Positions 27,103 through 36,416 of a DNA stretch of 64,000 nt are shown here, piece after piece. The stretch's first letter is position 1. Every line of letters starts with the position of its first letter. This DNA is from an uncultured Candidatus Saccharibacteria bacterium (GTDB lineage: Bacteria > Patescibacteriota > Minisyncoccia > Phycocordibacterales > UBA9973), in the NCBI GenBank assembly GCA_964634365.1, contig CAZWJU010000002.1:32069-96068 (forward strand), given 5' to 3'. Both the position numbers and the translations under genes were made by a program. The notes below the pieces were generated by a model that worked only from the letters and a program-made list of their open reading frames with translations, was not told the DNA's origin and did not search any database.

Positions 27103-27471
27103 ATGCCAAAGAAAATTCTTATAATTGAAGACGATTCATTCCTTCAGGGACTTGCAGCAGGCAAGCTTTCAAAAGATGGATTCCAAGTGCTTACTGCTTC
27201 CACAGGAGAAGATGCAGTAAAAATTGCTGATAGTGAAAATCCTGATTTTATACTATTGGACTTGGTCCTCCCTACTATGGACGGTTTTACTGTATTAGAA
27301 AAAATCCGTTCCAATGCAGCTCTAGCAAAGACACCAGTGATAGTTTTTTCTAATCTATCAGAAGACAAAGACATCTCACGCGCCCGTGAACTAGGTGCAA
27401 ATGACTTCATGATCAAATCGAACTTCACACTAGACGAATTGTCAGACAAGATTAAAGCTATAATCGGATAA
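27103..27471 (+). CDS. Single-domain response regulator (CheY-like receiver)
   Basis: KILIIEDD...LLDLVLPTMDG...KTPVIVFS...K receiver signature; 122 aa. Confidence 0.85.
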   Translation: MPKKILIIEDDSFLQGLAAGKLSKDGFQVLTASTGEDAVKIADSENPDFILLDLVLPTMDGFTVLEKIRSNAALAKTPVIVFSNLSEDKDISRARELGANDFMIKSNFTLDELSDKIKAIIG

Positions 27472-27498
27472 CAAAACAGGCTAGAAGCCTGTTTTGTT
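27470..27498 (+). terminator. Intrinsic terminator (AACAAAACAGGC tagaa GCCTGTTTTGTT)
   Basis: Hairpin plus T-rich tail after the receiver gene. Confidence 0.65.
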
Positions 27499-27542
27499 AT
27501 TGTTTATGTAAATTATTAGTTATAAAAAATTAATTAAAATAT

Positions 27543-28031
27543 ATGAGTAAAACATCTGCAATATTAGGATTGATCGCACTTATCGCGGTTGGTGGGTTTA
27601 TTATATTTGAAGAAGAAAAAAATATTGAGACAAACGAAATTGAAACTGAAAACTTAGCAGCAGAAAACTCTATTGAAAATAGTAGTACTGAATCTTCATC
27701 AACCAACACAGAAAAAGAAGAAGTCTCTGGTGAAGAAACCATAGTGAATCAAACTACAGTGGTTACATATATGTCGTCAGGCTTTAGCCCAAATATATTA
27801 AATATAAACATAGGAGATACTGTAAAATTTATAAACGACTCATCGGGCAATATGTGGGTCGCTTCAAATCCACATCCGCAACACACAGAATATTCAGATT
27901 TTGATGCACAGAGAAATTACACTAGCGGAGAGTCCTACTCGTTCACTTTTACTGAAAGTGGAACTTATGAATACCACAATCACGTAAACCCTAGTATGCG
28001 CGGAACGATTGTAGTTTTAGGAGATAAGTAA
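27543..28031 (+). CDS. Membrane-anchored or secreted cupredoxin-like domain protein (Cys ligand replaced; Ser/Thr/Glu-rich linker)
   Basis: N-terminal hydrophobic helix; C-terminal ..IGDTVKFINDSSGNMW..HPQH..GTYEYHNHVNPSMRGTIVV resembles a plastocyanin/EfeO-type beta-sandwich but with YHNH instead of the Cys-containing loop. Confidence 0.4.
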   Translation: MSKTSAILGLIALIAVGGFIIFEEEKNIETNEIETENLAAENSIENSSTESSSTNTEKEEVSGEETIVNQTTVVTYMSSGFSPNILNINIGDTVKFINDSSGNMWVASNPHPQHTEYSDFDAQRNYTSGESYSFTFTESGTYEYHNHVNPSMRGTIVVLGDK

Positions 28032-28041
28032 AATCAATAAA

Positions 28042-28067
28042 AATCCCCTATGTAATTAGGGGATTTT
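28042..28067 (+). terminator. Intrinsic terminator (AATCCCCT atgtaatt AGGGGATT)
   Basis: Hairpin plus T-run. Confidence 0.65.
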
Positions 28068-28098
28068 TATTATTGCTCTAAAAAGTTACAATGCTTAG

Positions 28099-30279
28099 AT
28101 GCAGACTACCGATCCGTTAAAAAAACACTTCAAACTACAAGCAACAGAAGAGAAGGCGCTCGCGCGTCTTGGTATAAATACAGTTCATGACCTGCTATAC
28201 CACTTCCCGTCGCGCTATAGCGACATATCCGAACTGCATTTTATCCGTGATTTAAATCCTGGTGAGATTGCCACAATCCACGGCACTATCACGCGTGCAA
28301 AAACAAAAAAATCTTTTCGCACAAAAGTACCCATGGGCGAAGCGACAGTCGAAGACCAGACTGGGACGATTGGTATAGTCTGGTTCAATCAGGCATACCT
28401 CGCAAAAATGTTTCAAGTTGGAGACAGTGTAAAAGTAACCGGCAAAGTTAGTCAGACAAAAAACGGACTCACTATTACCAATCCTGAAATAGAAAAAACA
28501 CCTACCCTTCCAATCGATATACATGACACACTCTTTGTAAAAGACGGCGAGGTTAATTCAGGAATTAGATATCCTATATACCCCGAGAGTCGTGGAGTAA
28601 CATCCCGATTTATATTTCATGCAATTGATAAAATATTTAAGTCTGGAATTCAAAACTCCATAATTGACCCTATACCTAACGGAATTTTAAAAAAATATAA
28701 CCTCCCAAAGCTTGGCACCGCACTAGTCTGGATACACACTCCGCGAAATGAAAATGACGCAGAGGCTGCGAGAAAGCGTTTTGCTTTTGAAGAAGTCTTC
28801 TTGATTCAATTGAAAAAACAACAAGACCGCCATATATTCAAAAGCTCTTATGCGTATGAAATAAAAATTGAAAAAGAAGACTTACTCGAGTTTACAAACC
28901 GATTCCCTTTCCCTCTTACAGAAGGCCAGAAAAATGCAATCGAAGGAATCCGAACTGACATAACCAAAGATCATCCGATGGCGAGACTACTCGAAGGAGA
29001 TGTCGGTAGTGGAAAAACTGCCGTCGCTGCGAGCGCAAGCTTCGGGATTATTACAAACAGGCCTGCTAAACAAACTTTTGGATCACTTCAAGTTGCATAC
29101 ATGGCGCCAACTGAGATACTAGCGACTCAACTTTTTGAAAACTTCATATCTTTTTTTGAACACACAGGTATAAATATAGGACTTATCACAGGAAGTGGAT
29201 GTAGAAAGTTCCCATCTAAAGTTGCTTCAAATGTTGGCAATTGGACCAACATATCTCGTACACAACTACTAAAATGGGTGGAAAATGGTGAGATACCAAT
29301 ACTTATAGGCACGCACGCACTAATTCAAAAATCTGTAAAATTTAAACACTTGGCTTTGGCTATCATAGACGAACAACATAGATTTGGAACAATACAGAGA
29401 AGTAAACTAGCTCACAAAGAATCAAATGGAAAAGTAATCGCTCCACACCTTTTGTCTATGACAGCAACACCTATACCTAGAACACTTGCTCTAACAATAT
29501 ATGGAGATCTAGATCTAACTGTACTAGATCAAATGCCGGCTGGTAGAAAACCAATCCATACTGAAATTATCCCTTCAAACAAGCGTGATGATGCTTATGA
29601 AAAAATCCGCCAAGAACTAAAGAGTGGGAGACAAGTATATATCATATGTCCACGTATCGATGAACCTGATCCAGAAAAAGAAATGGCAGTAATCGCAAAA
29701 TCTGTAACAGAAGAAGCCAAACGTTTGAAAAAAGAGGTGTTCAAAGAATACGAAATCGGTATATTGCATTCTAAAATGACGAAACAAAAAAAAGAGGAGG
29801 TTATGGAATCTTTCGGAAACCACGAAATAGATATACTTTGCGCAACTTCAGTAGTTGAAGTTGGCGTAAATGTACCGAACGCAACCGTGATAGTAATCGA
29901 GGGTGCTGAGCGTTTTGGACTAGCTCAGCTCCACCAGCTCCGAGGACGCGTGATCAGATCAAACCACCAAGCATACTGCTACTTGTTTGCTGACGCAAAA
30001 TCTGAAAAAACAAGAGATCGACTGAAGGCGCTTGTTAGTGCGAAAAGCGGTTTTGAACTTGCTGAACTAGACCTGAGCCTACGCGGAGCCGGAGAACTAG
30101 GCGGAGGAAAACAGTGGGGCATAACAGATCTTGGCATGGAAGCCATACGAAATATAAAAATGGTTGAGGCAGCACGCAACGAAGCAAAAGCTATAATAGA
30201 AAAAGATTGCGCACTGAGAGACTACCCTACTCTCGTTGAAACTATACGAGAAAAATATAACGATCTACATTTTGAGTAA
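28099..30279 (+). CDS. recG: ATP-dependent DNA helicase RecG
   Basis: 726 aa; N-terminal wedge/OB region, Walker A DVGSGKTAVAA, DEQHRFG box, helicase C motifs. Confidence 0.9.
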   Translation: MQTTDPLKKHFKLQATEEKALARLGINTVHDLLYHFPSRYSDISELHFIRDLNPGEIATIHGTITRAKTKKSFRTKVPMGEATVEDQTGTIGIVWFNQAYLAKMFQVGDSVKVTGKVSQTKNGLTITNPEIEKTPTLPIDIHDTLFVKDGEVNSGIRYPIYPESRGVTSRFIFHAIDKIFKSGIQNSIIDPIPNGILKKYNLPKLGTALVWIHTPRNENDAEAARKRFAFEEVFLIQLKKQQDRHIFKSSYAYEIKIEKEDLLEFTNRFPFPLTEGQKNAIEGIRTDITKDHPMARLLEGDVGSGKTAVAASASFGIITNRPAKQTFGSLQVAYMAPTEILATQLFENFISFFEHTGINIGLITGSGCRKFPSKVASNVGNWTNISRTQLLKWVENGEIPILIGTHALIQKSVKFKHLALAIIDEQHRFGTIQRSKLAHKESNGKVIAPHLLSMTATPIPRTLALTIYGDLDLTVLDQMPAGRKPIHTEIIPSNKRDDAYEKIRQELKSGRQVYIICPRIDEPDPEKEMAVIAKSVTEEAKRLKKEVFKEYEIGILHSKMTKQKKEEVMESFGNHEIDILCATSVVEVGVNVPNATVIVIEGAERFGLAQLHQLRGRVIRSNHQAYCYLFADAKSEKTRDRLKALVSAKSGFELAELDLSLRGAGELGGGKQWGITDLGMEAIRNIKMVEAARNEAKAIIEKDCALRDYPTLVETIREKYNDLHFE

Positions 30280-30283
30280 AATT

Positions 30284-30309
30284 AAATCCCTCGCAATTGC
30301 GAGGGATTT
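30284..30309. terminator. Bidirectional terminator (AAATCCCTCGCAATTGCGAGGGATTT)
   Basis: Perfect palindrome between convergent recG and the hydroxylase gene. Confidence 0.7.
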
Positions 30310-30313
30310 TTTA

Positions 30314-31204
30314 TTATTTAGAAACACTGTCGCTGTGAGACACTATTTCTTCAGCAACTTTCGGCAGATACTTGGTTATCATCTTGTAGTAAAGATCGAA
30401 ACTCTCTACCTGAAAGTACTCAATCTGGAGTTTCGTAATATCATACTCTGTATACATCGCTTGGCGAATAAAATTCTTCATCGCAAGCGGACTATCTCCA
30501 CACGAGTGTATCGTAGGCTTCGAACTTGTCGCTGCATAAAGCGTTTCGCCAACCGAAGAAAGGATACCCGGGCCAGCAATACGACGATCACCATGACCAC
30601 GAACAAGTATGAATTCCACCAAAAACCAAAATGCGGGTGGAAGCAACTTCATAACTTCTGGTGAGAAATTATATCTCTTTGCGACAATACCAAACATCTG
30701 AAGACATTCTCCATATTTCTTGAGAGTGAGCATCGGTAGATGCCCAAAAACTTCATGAAACATGTCTGGAGCTGGTGTGTATTGCCAGTCCTTCAGACTA
30801 CGAAAAAAGTTTGTAACCGGAAACATCTTTTTCATGAGTCCGTAATACAAAATATCGTCATCGAGAGTTCCGTCGCAGATATATATCTGCCACCCGGTAA
30901 GTTTTTTTAGACGACGATTGATTTCTGAAAATACCGGGATCTTGTCCCCTGTAATACCAAGCTTCTTCAAACCTTTGAAGAAAGCTCTGTGTGCAATATA
31001 CTCCAACTGCCTAGTTTGATTCTCCCAAAGGAGCCTCCAGGTTTTTTGGTCATCTTCGGTGTATTTTTCGTACTGCTGAACCTCATCGAGATTTCGACGA
31101 GCAAGTTTATTGAAACGCGACTTAACGCTCTCTTCTAAGGCTTTTTTCATTGTGCTATTTTTCATCACTCTACACTGAAAAAGAGATAGTGGCAAGTGTG
31201 CCAA
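30314..31204 (-). CDS. phhA: Aromatic amino acid (phenylalanine-4-) hydroxylase-like, biopterin/iron dependent
   Basis: Iron-binding block PDMFHEVFGHLPML (H-x4-H) and downstream GPGILSSVGE (GAGLLSSxGE-like), characteristic of PAH/TyrOH catalytic domains. True start is probably an internal Met (MKNSTMKK.. or MKKALEES..). Confidence 0.6.
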   Translation of the reverse strand: MAHLPLSLFQCRVMKNSTMKKALEESVKSRFNKLARRNLDEVQQYEKYTEDDQKTWRLLWENQTRQLEYIAHRAFFKGLKKLGITGDKIPVFSEINRRLKKLTGWQIYICDGTLDDDILYYGLMKKMFPVTNFFRSLKDWQYTPAPDMFHEVFGHLPMLTLKKYGECLQMFGIVAKRYNFSPEVMKLLPPAFWFLVEFILVRGHGDRRIAGPGILSSVGETLYAATSSKPTIHSCGDSPLAMKNFIRQAMYTEYDITKLQIEYFQVESFDLYYKMITKYLPKVAEEIVSHSDSVSK

Positions 31205-31257
31205 AAACTTTGAAAAAATTCTCTAAATAAGCTAATATCAAAGTCTAGCCGATATAT

Positions 31258-31331
31258 CCACCCTTAGCTCAGTTGGTTAGAGCACAGAGCTTATACCTCT
31301 GGGGTCCTTGGTTCGAATCCAAGAGGGTGGA
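31258..31331 (+). tRNA. tRNA-Ile with UAU anticodon
   Basis: CCACCCT-TA-GCTC AGTTGGTTA GAGC A CAGAG CTTATAC CTCTG GGGTC CTTGG TTCGAAT CCAAG AGGGTGG A; perfect cloverleaf. Confidence 0.8.
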
Positions 31332-31339
31332 CATGACAG

Positions 31340-31366
31340 AAAAATGCCAACTGCTTGGCATTTTTT
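31340..31366 (+). terminator. Intrinsic terminator (AAAAATGCCAA ctgc TTGGCATTTTT) nested inside an outer GGACATG/CATGTCC inverted repeat
   Basis: Read directly after the tRNA-Ile. Confidence 0.65.
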
Positions 31367-31453
31367 GGTACATGTCCAAGGCGCAGTGATGTTTTGCGAG
31401 CACGCAAAACCACGAGCCGGGCGATCAGCAGATTCGTGCCGTGAGGCTTCGCG

Positions 31454-31513
31454 GAAAAATACGACCCAGTAGGTCAATGTGCTCATTGAGCGACGGCGAG
31501 TATTTTATCCGTG
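31454..31513 (+). ncRNA. Conserved ~60-nt structured intergenic element, copy A (candidate small RNA or cis-regulatory element)
   Basis: 55/60 identical to 36417-36476. Contains the hairpin GTCAATG tgct CATTGAG, whose single mismatch sits at a different position in the two copies. Confidence 0.4.
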
Positions 31514-31569
31514 ACGACAAACAATATGCTAATATGTTTATATATTTATAAAATAATTTATTTAAACCT

Positions 31570-32040
31570 ATGAACGAATTTGGAGCTAAAAAATTAGGAG
31601 AAGTACTAGCGTTTGCAATCGTGGGTGAAGAAACAATAGAAAAAGGAAGAGGGGTGCTATCCCCTGTTTTAGGCGAAAACGAAATCGCAGACATCCTAGA
31701 GAAAAATCGTATTTATGGAGACGAGCTAAAAAAACTCGCGAGCGAACTTGGTGTAAGCGATATAGTAAATACTAAACTCGAAAAGACTGGTGCTAAGCTT
31801 CGAGAGATGCGAGAGCTCTATATCGGAGATCAGTGGGAGAACCCAACTGAAATACTCGAGTGGTCAGGATTCTTTGAGGGTGCAGCATTTGTACACTGGG
31901 GACTTGTAAAAGGTGTGGCAGAAACTTTAAATCACGAATTACTCATGTCACTTGCAAATGAATGCATGAACTTCCACCATGATCTACTAGACACAATATC
32001 TTCCGAACTACAATCAGTCGGACAAAATAAAGCAGAATAA
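31570..32040 (+). CDS. Hypothetical protein (156 aa)
   Basis: ORF with good coding character, preceded by copy A of the conserved element; no family recognised. Confidence 0.5.
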   Translation: MNEFGAKKLGEVLAFAIVGEETIEKGRGVLSPVLGENEIADILEKNRIYGDELKKLASELGVSDIVNTKLEKTGAKLREMRELYIGDQWENPTEILEWSGFFEGAAFVHWGLVKGVAETLNHELLMSLANECMNFHHDLLDTISSELQSVGQNKAE

Positions 32041-32042
32041 TA

Positions 32043-32065
32043 AAATCCCCCAGTCAGGGGGATTT
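32043..32065. terminator. Bidirectional terminator (ATCCCCC agtca GGGGGAT)
   Basis: Hairpin with flanking A/T runs. Confidence 0.65.
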
Positions 32066-32070
32066 TTGTT

Positions 32071-32508
32071 TTATTCAATGTAATATATTGCCAAAATTTC
32101 TAGCGTAGATTTATAAGCCTCTAATAATGAAAAATCTTCTAGATCATTTAGTGATTTTAGAGGAACAAAAGGAAATAGTTTCTGTCCTTCGGTATTTATT
32201 CCATATATTTGAGGAGAAAAAAACACCAAAAGATCATCTTCTAAACCATAAGGCAGAACCCAGACACCATGCATGTCTATATTGGATGGATCTATACAAT
32301 CATATGTACAAGCAAGACTATCAGGTAACCAATAATAAGCCAAAAAATTTCCAGTATTTGAAACTTCAACAAAAGAAGAGTCAGTTGGAGTCTTTATTTT
32401 TTTGAATTCTCCTTGTGTAGATATGATGTATGTTATTTCTGTTTGTGCAAAAACTATATTATTCGAAAATGAAAAGTACAAAACCAAGATGAAAAAAAAC
32501 TTCTTCAT
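32071..32508 (-). CDS. Secreted hypothetical protein (signal peptide MKKFFFILVLYFSFSNNIVFAQ)
   Basis: N-terminal signal peptide; 145 aa. Confidence 0.5.
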   Translation of the reverse strand: MKKFFFILVLYFSFSNNIVFAQTEITYIISTQGEFKKIKTPTDSSFVEVSNTGNFLAYYWLPDSLACTYDCIDPSNIDMHGVWVLPYGLEDDLLVFFSPQIYGINTEGQKLFPFVPLKSLNDLEDFSLLEAYKSTLEILAIYYIE

Positions 32509-32582
32509 AGTATATTTTTCTTCAACTTAACACACACCAAACAACAAAGCAAACAAAAACCATCCAATGGATGGTTTTTGTT

Positions 32583-33092
32583 TTATGTTGATTTTTGAGT
32601 AAAAATACCTGACGTTTTTACTTGCTTCCCTTTTTTAAAAAGAAGTACTAAACCAAATATAGAATTAGCAAGACCGATTAGTGCAATAGGCAAACCAAGC
32701 AATGCAATATTAGGACTTGTTAAACTCGATATATTTAAACCTCTGCTTGTAGGATTAATCAAGCTAAGCACAAGTCCAGATAAAGGTATGAGAAGCCAGT
32801 AAACAGCCTTTGGATTAAGCGTAATATCACGCAATCTTTTATATGCAACAACAATCTTTACAACACCAAGCAAAAGAAGAATTGGTAAAATCTCCAACAT
32901 CTTTTCATTGGATAAAATTGCTCTTCTGCTACCGCTTCCAAGTATTAAGTACATTGCACCCATGGCAACCACCCCAATAAAAATATTTGCTAAAAGATAG
33001 TCGAAACGCCCTATTGGTTTTGTGAAAATATCTGAGTGCATATTATAGAGGCTTATTTGTGTTATTTTTATTATCAAGCGCCTGTGAAGCAA
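32583..33092 (-). CDS. Hypothetical integral membrane protein (4-5 TM)
   Basis: Hydrophobic profile; 169 aa. Confidence 0.45.
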   Translation of the reverse strand: MLHRRLIIKITQISLYNMHSDIFTKPIGRFDYLLANIFIGVVAMGAMYLILGSGSRRAILSNEKMLEILPILLLLGVVKIVVAYKRLRDITLNPKAVYWLLIPLSGLVLSLINPTSRGLNISSLTSPNIALLGLPIALIGLANSIFGLVLLFKKGKQVKTSGIFTQKST

Positions 33093-33255
33093 CCACTACT
33101 ATAAGAGATCCAAAAGCTACCACGCCAATAGTCGACAAAGACTTTCCGAGCACCTCCTTTGATAACACATCCCATATTGATAGAACTGCTATCAAGGTGA
33201 GGACTGCGACTGCGGTTACAAGTGTATATATTGCTATTTGTTTTAAATGTGACAT
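33043..33255 (-). CDS. Small hypothetical membrane protein (two TM helices; start probably at the internal Met MSHLKQ)
   Basis: Overlaps the downstream gene start; hydrophobic. Confidence 0.35.
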   Translation of the reverse strand: MSHLKQIAIYTLVTAVAVLTLIAVLSIWDVLSKEVLGKSLSTIGVVAFGSLIVVVASQALDNKNNTNKPL

Positions 33256-33300
33256 AAGTTTATTGACTAAAATACTAATACTTATATTATAACATGCAAC

Positions 33301-33328
33301 AAAAAAACCGGACATTCCGGTTTTTTTA
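33301..33328 (-). terminator. Intrinsic terminator (AAAAAAACCGGA catt CCGGTTTTTTT) after ftsH
   Basis: Read directly. Confidence 0.65.
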
Positions 33329-33329
33329 T

Positions 33330-35246
33330 CTATTTACTTTCTTCTGCTTTCTTTTTTAGACTTATTCCGTGAGCTTTAATAATCTCTTCGTATTCAGGCT
33401 GTTCTAGAGTTTCAACTTCTATAAGCTTGTCTGCGACAGCGTCTAGACACTTTCGATTTTCTGTTAATACCTTGCGAGCTTTTTCTAGAGATTCGTTCAT
33501 TATACGTTTTACCTCATCGTCAATTCTTGTAGACATAGTCTCAGAATATTCACGGTCTTCTACTCCGCGACCAAACATAGTTCGCCCTCCATCACTCTCT
33601 AGTGCTACAGGACCTATAAGATCACTCATACCCCAGCGTGTAACCATAGCACGAGCAAGAGAACTTGAAACTTGAAGATCGTTCGATGGACCGGTCGTAA
33701 TATCTCCAAATACCATCTCTTCAGCAACATATCCACCGAGAGACATGGCGATATCATCTAAAAATTCTTTACGTGATTGAAGCTTTCTATCTTCTAGTGG
33801 AAGTTTAAGTGTATAACCACCAGCTCTACCACGCGCAACTATGGAAACTTTGTGGACCGGGTCAGCATAAGGTAGAACACTTGCTACAACAGCATGACCT
33901 GCTTCGTGGTATGCAGTAATTTTCTTTTCGATTGGAGACAACAGATGACTCTTGCGTTCAGGACCCATCATGACCTTTTCTATTGAACGAATAAAATCAA
34001 ACTGAGCAACTTTCTTGCGATCTTCACGAGCAGCAAGTATCGCACCTTCGTTCATAAGTGAATATAGGTCAGCACCAGAAAATCCTGGCGTACGCTCTGC
34101 TATAACCTTCAAGTTAACATCTTCTGCGAGTGGCTTCCTGATTGCGTGAATAGCTAAAATCTCTTCTCGATCTGCTCTGTCTGGTAAATCTAAAACAACT
34201 CTTCTGTCGAAACGTCCTGGGCGCAATAGTGCAGGATCGAGCACATCAGAACGGTTTGTAGCAGCCATAACAATTACCTTCTCGTTTGGTTCAAACCCAT
34301 CCATCTCAACAAGAATTTGGTTTAATGTTTGCTCGCGTTCATCGTTTCCACCACCAACACCAGTACCACGGACACGTCCAACAGCATCTATCTCATCTAT
34401 AAATATAATTGACGGTGCTGTGCGTTTAGCAAGTTGGAAAAGATCACGCACACGTGAAGCACCAACACCCACAAACATCTCTACGAATTCTGAACCAGAT
34501 AAATGGAAAAATGGAACACCAGCCTCCCCTGCAACTGCGCGAGCAAGCAAAGTTTTACCTGTTCCTGGAACTCCAGTAAGTAAAACACCTTTTGGTATAC
34601 GTGCTCCTATATCAAGAAACTTTTTTGGATTGCGAAGAAAATCTACGATTTCTTTCAACTCCTCTTTTGCTTCTTTTGAACCAGCAACATCCTTGAAGGT
34701 TACACGATTGTTCTTGTCATTTGGATCAGTTATTTTTGCTTTTGATTGACCGAAAGAAAATGCTTGCATACCTGCGCCTTTTACTTGGCGAGACATAAAC
34801 CAAAAGAATAAAACTATAAAAGCAATCGGTATAAGTATAGGCAAGATTGTAACAAGCCAATATCCAAAACCTGTCTGACTCTTTATATTGATTGGAGTAG
34901 CAGAAATCTTATCGCTAGAAACGCCATAGTTTGCCAGAGTCTGAGAAAGAGAAGACTCTACTTCTTTCTTGGATTTCTTGAAAGTTCCATCGTTGAGCTC
35001 TATGTTTAAAACATCTCCTTCAACTTCAATATTTTTAACCTGACTTGTTTCAATCAGAGAAGCAACTTCAGATAAAGTAACTTCTTGTACTTCTTTTTTG
35101 TTTTCCTTGATAACAGTATATAGAGCTGAAATCAGCATAAATATCAAGAACGCAGTAATAATGTGGCTTCCAAAAGTAGTAGGTGCGCCACCTTGTTTTT
35201 TACCTTTCTGGTTAATATTTTTTAAGTTTTTTATTGGTGATTTCAT
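33330..35246 (-). CDS. ftsH: ATP-dependent zinc metalloprotease FtsH
   Basis: N-terminal TM pair, AAA Walker [19 protein letters not shown] zinc site; 638 aa. Confidence 0.95.
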   Translation of the reverse strand: MKSPIKNLKNINQKGKKQGGAPTTFGSHIITAFLIFMLISALYTVIKENKKEVQEVTLSEVASLIETSQVKNIEVEGDVLNIELNDGTFKKSKKEVESSLSQTLANYGVSSDKISATPINIKSQTGFGYWLVTILPILIPIAFIVLFFWFMSRQVKGAGMQAFSFGQSKAKITDPNDKNNRVTFKDVAGSKEAKEELKEIVDFLRNPKKFLDIGARIPKGVLLTGVPGTGKTLLARAVAGEAGVPFFHLSGSEFVEMFVGVGASRVRDLFQLAKRTAPSIIFIDEIDAVGRVRGTGVGGGNDEREQTLNQILVEMDGFEPNEKVIVMAATNRSDVLDPALLRPGRFDRRVVLDLPDRADREEILAIHAIRKPLAEDVNLKVIAERTPGFSGADLYSLMNEGAILAAREDRKKVAQFDFIRSIEKVMMGPERKSHLLSPIEKKITAYHEAGHAVVASVLPYADPVHKVSIVARGRAGGYTLKLPLEDRKLQSRKEFLDDIAMSLGGYVAEEMVFGDITTGPSNDLQVSSSLARAMVTRWGMSDLIGPVALESDGGRTMFGRGVEDREYSETMSTRIDDEVKRIMNESLEKARKVLTENRKCLDAVADKLIEVETLEQPEYEEIIKAHGISLKKKAEESK

Positions 35247-35499
35247 ATATTTAAGTGTACTTTACTATACACTAATAAATTTCACTCGTCTATAATTCTC
35301 TGGAGATCGCTGGGTGGTTAGACGAGTGAAATTATTTTTGAGAACCTCTCGGTTCTCAACGTTTCACTGCTCTCCTCTACGGTGAAAACTAAAGTTTTCC
35401 CCGACCCCCTTTCCTCGCCCAATCATTCTAAAATCAAGAAAAATTTAAGATATTCTGGGCTAGAAAAAACACAGAAAATAAATGTGCTACAATCTCCGT

Positions 35500-35943
35500 A
35501 TGGCAACTTTTGCAGAAAACCGAAAAGCACATTTTAACTACGAATTCCTAGAAAAAATAGAAGCCGGAATCGAGCTTTTTGGTCTTGAAGTTAAAGCTAT
35601 ACGAACAGGTAAAGCCACTCTCGAAGGGGCGAGAATAATAATACGCGGAGGTGAAGCTTATGTGCTAGGTATGAGCATATCTCCATATCAACCCAACAAC
35701 ACAAAAGATGAGTACGATCCGCTCAGAACAAGACGCCTCCTCCTAAAGAAAAAAGAAATCGAAACTCTAGCAAAAACTGAATCTACTAAAGGTTTGACAT
35801 TAATCCCTATATCGTTGTATAATAAGGGTCCTAAAATAAAGGTTTCTGTTGCGGTCGCACGTGGTAAGAAAAAATTTGATAAACGTGAGACAATCAAAAA
35901 ACGTGACTTAGATCGTGAAATAGGCAGAACATTGAAAAAATAA
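35500..35943 (+). CDS. smpB: SsrA-binding protein SmpB
   Basis: MATFAENRKAHFNYEFLEKIEAGIELFGLEVKAIR... canonical SmpB; probable start at 35500. Confidence 0.85.
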   Translation: MATFAENRKAHFNYEFLEKIEAGIELFGLEVKAIRTGKATLEGARIIIRGGEAYVLGMSISPYQPNNTKDEYDPLRTRRLLLKKKEIETLAKTESTKGLTLIPISLYNKGPKIKVSVAVARGKKKFDKRETIKKRDLDREIGRTLKK

Positions 35944-35946
35944 AAT

Positions 35947-36330
35947 GGGAATGTAAGGCATCGACAAGGAATCAGTTTTGTACAGTGCGTGCCGAGCTCG
36001 CGCGAAACGCTCGTAAAACATCGCGCAAAACTCAAATGCAAAAACATTTGGTAAGGTAACATCACCATACTTCGGTATGGCTGATCTTGCTCTCGCTCGA
36101 GCTTAAGCTCGCGAGTGTCTCTGTGTTCGACTTCCGATAAAATACAGAGGCAACATATATCGGGATAGAAAAATATCACGTCTCAGATAATTTTCGAAAC
36201 AATTGAGAATCGAGTAAATATTATTTTGTTCATTTTATAGATACCTACTCTAAACAAATAAAATAAACTATGCATGTAGATTCTATATGAAACCTTCTTT
36301 GCACGGGGGTTCAACTCCCCCCATTTCCAC
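35947..36330 (+). ncRNA. ssrA: tmRNA (ssrA)
   Basis: Starts 4 nt after the smpB stop. 5' GGGAATG pairs with 3' CATTTCC; conserved GTGCGTGCCGAG...CTCGTAAAACATCGCGCAAAA near the resume region; 3' tRNA-like end GCACGGGGGTTCAACTCCCCCCATTTCCA. Predicted tag frame ends ..GMADLALARA-TAA (36104-36106). Confidence 0.85.
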
Positions 36331-36343
36331 TAGTAAAATATTT

Positions 36344-36370
36344 GCGCCCAAAAGGCGCTTTTATTTTTTT
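36344..36370 (+). terminator. Intrinsic terminator (GCGCC caaaa GGCGC + T-run) within a long hairpin that includes the tmRNA 3' end and an inverted copy TAGTGGAAATG at 36371-36381
   Basis: Read directly. Confidence 0.6.
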
Positions 36371-36416
36371 AGTGGAAATGAGTGAAGTGTCTGCACACTT
36401 CAGAGGAAGAAGTGAA

